A stretch of 64,000 nt of DNA from Bugula neritina (taxonomy: Eukaryota; Animalia; Bryozoa). This document shows, one piece after another, positions 58,301-64,000 of the stretch (position 1 is the stretch's first letter; every line of letters begins with the position of its first letter). Under the pieces are notes generated by a model. It ran no database searches, was not told the origin of the DNA, and worked only from the letters and a program-made list of their open reading frames with translations. Location of the stretch: assembly GCA_964035545.1 (NCBI GenBank), contig OZ037768.1:15421875-15485874 (forward strand), in the 5' to 3' direction. The position numbers and the translations under genes are program-made.

Positions 58301-59540
58301 GCCCAGAGGTTCTGATCCGGGCCCAATAGTGCCAAAGCTAAAACAAGTGTGCTCAACAGTGCCAAAACAGGCTAAAACATGCCTAAATGTGTTAAATTGA
58401 GCCAATTGTGCTAATAGTACCTATTAGTGCCCAGAAGTTCTAAAACGTGCCCAATAGTGCTAATAGTAGAACTAGTGTGCTCAACAGTGCCCAAATGTGC
58501 TAAATTGAGCCAAATATACTAATAGTACCAATAAGTGCCCAGAGGTTCTAAAACGTGCCCAATAGTGCTGATAGTAGAACTAGTGTGCCTAACAGTACCC
58601 AAATGTGCTTAAACAAGCCCAAATGTGCTCAATTGAGCCAAATATACTAACAGTACCAATAAGTGCCCAGAAGTTCTGAAACGTGCCCAATAGTGCTAAT
58701 AGTAGAACTGGTGCGCTCAACAGTGCCCAAAGGTGCTAAAGGATTTCCAAGTGTACTAAAACATGCCCAAAATGTGCTAAAGTGAGCCAAACATGCTAAT
58801 AGTACCTTTTAGTGCCCAGAAGTTCTGAAACAGGCCCAATAGTGCTAATAGTAGGCCTAGTGTGCCTAACAGCGCCCAAATGTGCTCAAACGTGCCCAAA
58901 TATGCTAAAACTTTCCCAAATGTACTAAATTTAGCCAGTTATGCTAATTGTACCAATAAGCGCCCAGAGACTCTTAACCATGCCCAATTGTGCTAATAGT
59001 TTAACTGGTGTGCTTAACAACGCCCAAATCTGCTAAAACATTCCCAAATTTGCTAAAACATTCCCAAATGTACTAAATTAAGCCAAATTCACTAATAGCA
59101 CCAATTAGCGCCAAGAGGTTCTGAAACTTGCCAAAAAGTGCTAATAGTAGGACTAGTGTGCTTAACAGTGCCCAAATCTGCTAAATCATTCCCAAATGTC
59201 GTAAAACATGCCAAAATGTGCTAAATTTAGCCAAACATGCTAATAGTACCTTTTAGTGCCCAGAAACTCTGAAGTGTGCCCAATAGTGCTATCAGTAGAA
59301 CTAGTGTGCTCAACGGTGCCCAAAGGTGCAAAAAGATTCCCCAATGAACTAAAACATGCCCAAATTTATTAAATTGAGCCAATTATGCTAATAGTACCTA
59401 TTAGTGCCCAGAAGTTCTAAAATGTGCCCAATAGTGCTAATAGTAAAACTAGTGTGCTCAACAGTGCCCAAATGTGCTAAATTGAGCCAAATATACTAAT
59501 AGTGCCAATAAGTGCCCAGAGGTTCTAAAACGTGCCCAAT

Positions 59541-60412
59541 AGACCATGTAAAACTCAGCCAATCAGCGAAGTGTACCAGGTCAATGTCTTACCATTGTAA
59601 CTGATATAAAATTCTGCAAGTTCAATTGCAAAATGCATGCTTCTAAAAGCTAGTTGTGCAACTTTTTTTTCATGCATTATTTAATTTCATATCTTAAATT
59701 GATGACTCTTGAAATGATTTTTTAAAATGTCTAAATTAAGTGTTTATAAAACGCAAATAAAAATTGCATGTCTAGAAAAATGACCTGGTACACTTTTGCA
59801 ACTTAAGGCCAATTATTACATAACTGCCAGCTTAGTAGTTATTTGTTGTTGCAGCTTGAATGGGTTATTGTTTAGCATTGGAAGCTTGCAGTAAACATCT
59901 GTGAATTTGGTACATGACTTCGATTGGCTGGTTTTTGAATGGCCCTTTAGTATATGCATCTGGATGGCTGGGTAGTGTGGACTCCGCCTACATCTAGCTA
60001 ATGTACAGTAGCCAATCCACAGTAGTATTACAAAATTTCTGTTTAACAAATGAAATATTCTGGTCATTTGTTTTGTACTTTACAATAGTAAATATTCTAT
60101 TCAACTAGAATTTTATTGTATGTAAGCCATGGGAACTACTAAGAGGTTAAATCAACCACCCATGCTGGTAATATTGTTGCTAGCAGTAATAGCAAGTCCA
60201 CACAGTATAAATATACACATAAGCTAGTATGTGCAGCTTATGAATGCTGAAATGACCCCATTTCTTACTTTCAACTTGAAAAAAATTGTATTACATATTC
60301 TGCCACTTCTGCACCAGGAACTTGTTTTCCTTTTAAATTTTGAAAATAGTAGTCAGTTTCTATAGCAGTCAACATCCACAACGTAAGCTTTCAAATAAAC
60401 TATAAATATATG
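59541..60412 (+). repeat. Left inverted arm (872 bp) of the ISL2EU-like element
   Basis: Reverse complement of 62149-63030. Mirrored coordinates sum to 122,571, for example the identical ORFs 59816..60067(-) and 62504..62755(+). Confidence 0.96.
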
Positions 60413-61981
60413 GTAGCATATTGGCTTTGAAAGCTCAGAGGGATGTTCAGCTTCTCTCTTGTTGGAAAAACTATTAGATTGTTCAGTTCTCTTGCTAAAA
60501 TATCTAATGTGTTTTTGAAGGTTTTGCTTGCTAGCAATCTAGAGATATAAAAAAGGCCAGCAAGTATTTGAAACTGTAAACCTTGACGCAGCTTCATCAA
60601 AGCCAATAAAAGTTCATCTTGTCTTGTTAACTTTTTTTGGAGAATAAGAACTTTCATCTTCGGACATATAAATCTAAATATAGAAAATAAAGAATGAAAA
60701 TTAAATTATGATTCAAATTATAATGTATGTGCTAAATAAATTTTGTGCTTAGTTTGTATTCATTCAGCAGTTTTTACCCTCTGGTAAGTAGCTTCAGTTA
60801 TATTTTGCAACAACTATGAAGTTCAAGAACTGCTAGCTGAAGGCTTGACCCAATATATCACCATCCAAACAGAATGTAATGTGTGTCAACATGTGTTACA
60901 TAATACTGTAACAGTACATGGTAAGCTAGTTGTATGAATACATGCTTTGAATGAAGTTATGAGTTTAAACAAATACTGTGGACAAACAATTATTACTTCA
61001 TTTTATAATTATACTATAACTAATTCAAACCCATATTATTTCTAGAATAGCATTTAATAATGTTTGTGAATAAGTGAAACTAGTAACAAGTGTAAACCAT
61101 TTTAGTTTTAAACACTGAGTTAGTTTCAGCTAAAAATTAGATTAGGAGGCCACTTTTGATAAGCTTTAAAATAACCAAGGAAAATTTAAGTCAAAACAAT
61201 TTACTTTTCCTAGAGAAAGTGAGTCAATTTGTCCACAAATAAAATACTGCTGCTTGTTTAAATAAAACCCTAAACTAAATAAGTCAAAGCATACAGATGT
61301 CCACTGTGGTATTTATGAATATCTTACATAAAACAACATCTTTAATAAAAAATGTATGAATGATACACTCACAATGCAACAAATTTAATTAAAATGACAG
61401 TTTTAATACACATCAAATTTAATCAATGTAGAAATTTTAGCATAGTGAGACTTGCATTGTTTATTTGTAATAAACCATAGTCTATCTTTGCAATAAGAAA
61501 ATCATAATTTTCACCTTGCTAAAAAATAGTATAGAGAACGTGTAGGTATTTCAGTATAGAATTTAGTTTGCTCATCTGTAGTGATGAAAGTTTTAAAAAC
61601 TTTTACTTTTTCAATAGCTGCTTTTTGTTTAAACGTGGATCTTTTTGAGCCTTTTCTTCCAACTTTTGATTTTCGTCTATCAATAGAATGTGCAGATCTT
61701 TTTTTCTGAGTAGTTGATGATTCTGGTAACTCAGTTACTTCTGATGAAGCCTGACTATGAGGATGGCTGTCAGATGAGTTCTGTTGCTCTATATCAGCTG
61801 ACTCTGTTGATAACGTTTTCTGTTTGCTTCCTTCACATGTTTCATTAAAACCACTGTTTTTTGTTCGTCTTACATTATATGCTTTAGTGCGTTGGTAACC
61901 CAAATGAAAGGTTGGAGTTGGATTTTGCTCAGTGGGCTGACCATCCTTATGATTATGATAGTCTGCTATGCTCTCTGTAAT
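60400..61981 (-). pseudogene. Truncated two-exon transposase fragment (THAP C-terminal remnant, linker, HTH_Tnp_4-like domain; no DDE domain)
   Basis: The open frame 61981-61515 (...HNHKDGQPTEQNPTPTFHLGY...DEQTKFYTEIPTRSLYYFLA) joins in frame to 60673-60400 (R-FICPKMKVLILQKKLTRQDELLLALMKLRQGLQFQILAGLFYISRLLASKTFKNTLDILARELNNLIVFPTRE...YATIYL*). The join uses a GT-AG intron at 61514-60674. Confidence 0.8.
60674..61514 (-). other. Predicted 841-nt phase-2 spliceosomal intron in the transposase fragment
   Basis: Donor AAG|GTGAAA at 61514, and acceptor TTTTCATTCTTTATTTTCTATATTTAG|A at 60674 with a strong pyrimidine tract. The interior is AT-rich, and splicing preserves the frame (AG|A = Arg) between two transposase motif blocks. 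Confidence 0.75.
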
Positions 61982-62148
61982 CTACAGCCACCATTGGTGA
62001 CTGATGAAATTTAAAATTTGAAGTAAAAATGTGTTATTTTTACCTGTGCCATTTTATAGAAATCTATATCTAGCTTTTATAATATAATATTCTTGTAATT
62101 TTTCATCATAGCAAGAACTAAATTACATTGTTTCCACACTTAATATTT

Positions 62149-63030
62149 CATATACTTATAGTTTATTTGAAAGCTTACGTTGTTTATTGTGGATGCAGTT
62201 GACTGCTGCAGAAACTGACTACTATTTTCAAAATTTAAAAGGAAAACAAATTCCTGGTGCAGAAGTGGCAGAATATGTAATACAATTTTTTTCAAATTGT
62301 AAGTAAGAAATGGGGTCATTTCAGCATTTATAAGCTGCACATAATAGCTTATGTGTATATTTATACTGTGTGGACTTGCTATTACTGCTAGCAACAATAT
62401 TACCAGCATGGGTGGTTGATTTAACCTCTTAGTAGTTCCCATGGCTTACATACAATAAAATTCTAGTTGAATAGAATATTTACTATTGTAAAGTACAAAA
62501 CAAATGACCAGAATATTTCATTTGTTAAACAGAAATTTTGTAATACTACTGTGGATTGGCTACTGTACATTAGCTAGATGTAGGCGGAGTCCACACTACC
62601 CAGCCATCCAGATGCATATACTAAAGGGCCATTCAAAAACCAGCCAATCGAAGTCATGTACCAAATTCACAGATGTTTACTGCAAGCTTCCAATGCTAAA
62701 CAATAACCCATTCAAGCTGCAACAACAAATAACTACTAAGCTGGCAGTTATGTAATAATTGGCCTTAAGTTGCAAAAGTGTACCAGGTCATTTTTCTAGA
62801 CATGCAATTTTTATTTGCGTTTTATAAACACTTAATTTAGACATTTTAAAAAATCATTTCAAGAGTCATCAATTTAAGATATGAAATTAAATAATGCATG
62901 AAAAAAAAGTTGCACAACTAGCTTTTAGAAGCATGCATTTTGCAATTGAACTTGCAGAATTTTATATCAGTTACAATAGTAAGACATTGACCTGGTACAC
63001 TTCGCTGATTGGCTGAGTTTTACATGGTCT
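62149..63030 (-). repeat. Right inverted arm (882 bp) of the ISL2EU-like element
   Basis: Matches the left arm. It is 10 bp longer because of 3-bp and 7-bp indels near the inner end. Confidence 0.96.
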
Positions 63031-64000
63031 ATTGTGCTGATAGTAGAACTAGTGTGCCTAACAGTGCCCAAATGTGCTTAAACATTCCCAAATGGGCTAA
63101 AACATGCCCAAATTTACTAAATTGAGCCAAATTTGCTAATAGTTCCAATAAGTGCCCAGAGGTTCTGAAACGGGCCCAATAGTGCTAATAGTAGGCTTAG
63201 TGTAGTTAACAGTGCCCAAACTTGCTAAAACTTTCCCAAATGTACTAAATTCAGCAAAATATGCTAATAGTACCAATAAGCGCCCAGAGGCTCTGAACCA
63301 TGCCCAATTGTGCTAATAGTTTAACTGGTGTGCTTAACAATGCGCAAATCTGCTAAAACATTCCCAAATTTGCTAAAACATTCCCAAATGTACTAAATTG
63401 AGCAAAACATGCTAATCGTACCAATAGGTGCCCAGAGGTTCTGAAACGTGCCCTATAGTGCTGATAGTAGAATTAGTGTGCTCAACAGTGCCCAAATGTC
63501 CTAAAACATGCCAAAATGTGCTGAATTGAGCCAAACATGCTAATAGTACCATTTAGTGGCCAGAAGTTCAGTAACTTTCCAAATAGTGCTAATAGTAGGA
63601 TTAGTGTGCTTAACAGTACCCAATTTTGCTAAAACATTCCCAAATGCACTAAATTGAGCCAATTATGCTAATAGTACCTATTAGTGCCCAGAAGTTCTGA
63701 TCCGGGCCCAATAGTGCCAAAGCTAAAACAAGTGTGCTCAACAGTGCAAAAACAGGCTAAAACATGCCTAAATGTGTTAAAATGAGCCAATTGTGCTAAT
63801 AGTACCTATTAGTGCCCAGAAGTTCTAAAATGTGCCCAATAGTGCTAATAGTAGAACTAGTGTGCTCAACAGTGCCCAAATGTGCTAAATTGAGCCAAAT
63901 ATACTAATAGTACCAATAAGTGCCCAGAGGTTCTAAAACGTGCCCAATTGTGCTGATAGTAGAACTAGTGTGCCTAACAGTGCCCAAATGTGCTTAAACA

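Larger units (their letters stand above)
59541..63030 (-). mobile_element. ISL2EU-like (PIF/Harbinger-ISL2EU group) non-autonomous DNA transposon with very long inverted arms
   Basis: Ends are AGACCATGTAAAACTCAGCC...GGCTGAGTTTTACATGGTCT, with an AT duplication relative to the empty paralogous site TGCCCAATTGTGCTG at 54861. The interior has transposase-like motifs (KDGQPTEQNPTPTFHLGY; DEQTKFYTEIPT; LTRQDELLLALMKLRQGL...IVFPTRE). The superfamily call comes from recalled motifs, not a database search. Confidence 0.85.
33503..64000. repeat. Satellite B: 108/128/148/168-bp monomers built from ~10-bp subunits
   Basis: Core sequence AATAGTGCTAATAGTAGAACTAGTGTGCTCAACAGTGCCCAAATGTGC[TAAAACATGCCCAAATGTGC]nTAAATTGAGCCAAATATGCTAATAGTACCAATAAGTGCCCAGAGGTTCTGAAACGTGCCC. 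Measured periods: 58441-58549 = 108, 53611-53739 = 128, 53463-53611 = 148, 48646-48814 = 168. The array continues off the right edge. Confidence 0.97.

Noticed and set aside
59816-62755. Identical 83-aa ORF pair and the 100-aa ORF at 62140-62442
   Set aside because: The identity simply reflects the inverted arms. The mirror of the 100-aa ORF has a stop at ~60226, and no domain is recognisable.
62898-62915. ATGAAAAAAAAGTTGCAC word shared by the ISL2EU arm and the MITE (~34605-34621)
   Set aside because: It is mostly a poly-A run with no extended similarity, so probably chance.
33503-64000. CRISPR-like repeat/spacer appearance of satellite B
   Set aside because: There are no unique spacers and no cas genes. 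All intervening sequence is itself repeat-derived, and the context is eukaryotic (spliceosomal intron, eukaryotic DNA transposons).

Overview
Eukaryotic (probably animal) heterochromatin-type DNA with no intact protein-coding gene. It consists of two abutting satellite arrays in the same orientation, both A/C-rich and G-poor on the + strand. Satellite A (1-~33,503) is a 10/20-bp repeat (CAACATACTG-AAATATACTG) with nested, near-identical higher-order repeats of 2,520 bp and about 9,106 bp, and it becomes more diverged toward its edge. Satellite B (~33,503-64,000) has 108/128/148/168-bp monomers built from ~10-bp subunits. Four copies of a ~755-bp non-autonomous DNA transposon (CACAG...CTGTG ends, 2-bp A/T target duplications, CMC/EnSpm-like) cluster around the A/B junction. 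Satellite B also carries a 3,490-bp ISL2EU/Harbinger-group element (59,541-63,030) with an AT target duplication and ~880-bp inverted arms. That element holds an intron-containing transposase fragment (THAP remnant plus HTH) that ends at the arm border, before the DDE domain. The many minus-strand ORFs are translation artefacts of the satellites. I found no convincing multi-gene novel system. The most unusual items are the palindromic ISL2EU derivative, the shared 10/20-bp structure of the two satellites, and the MITE cluster at their junction. All alignments and mismatch counts were done by eye.
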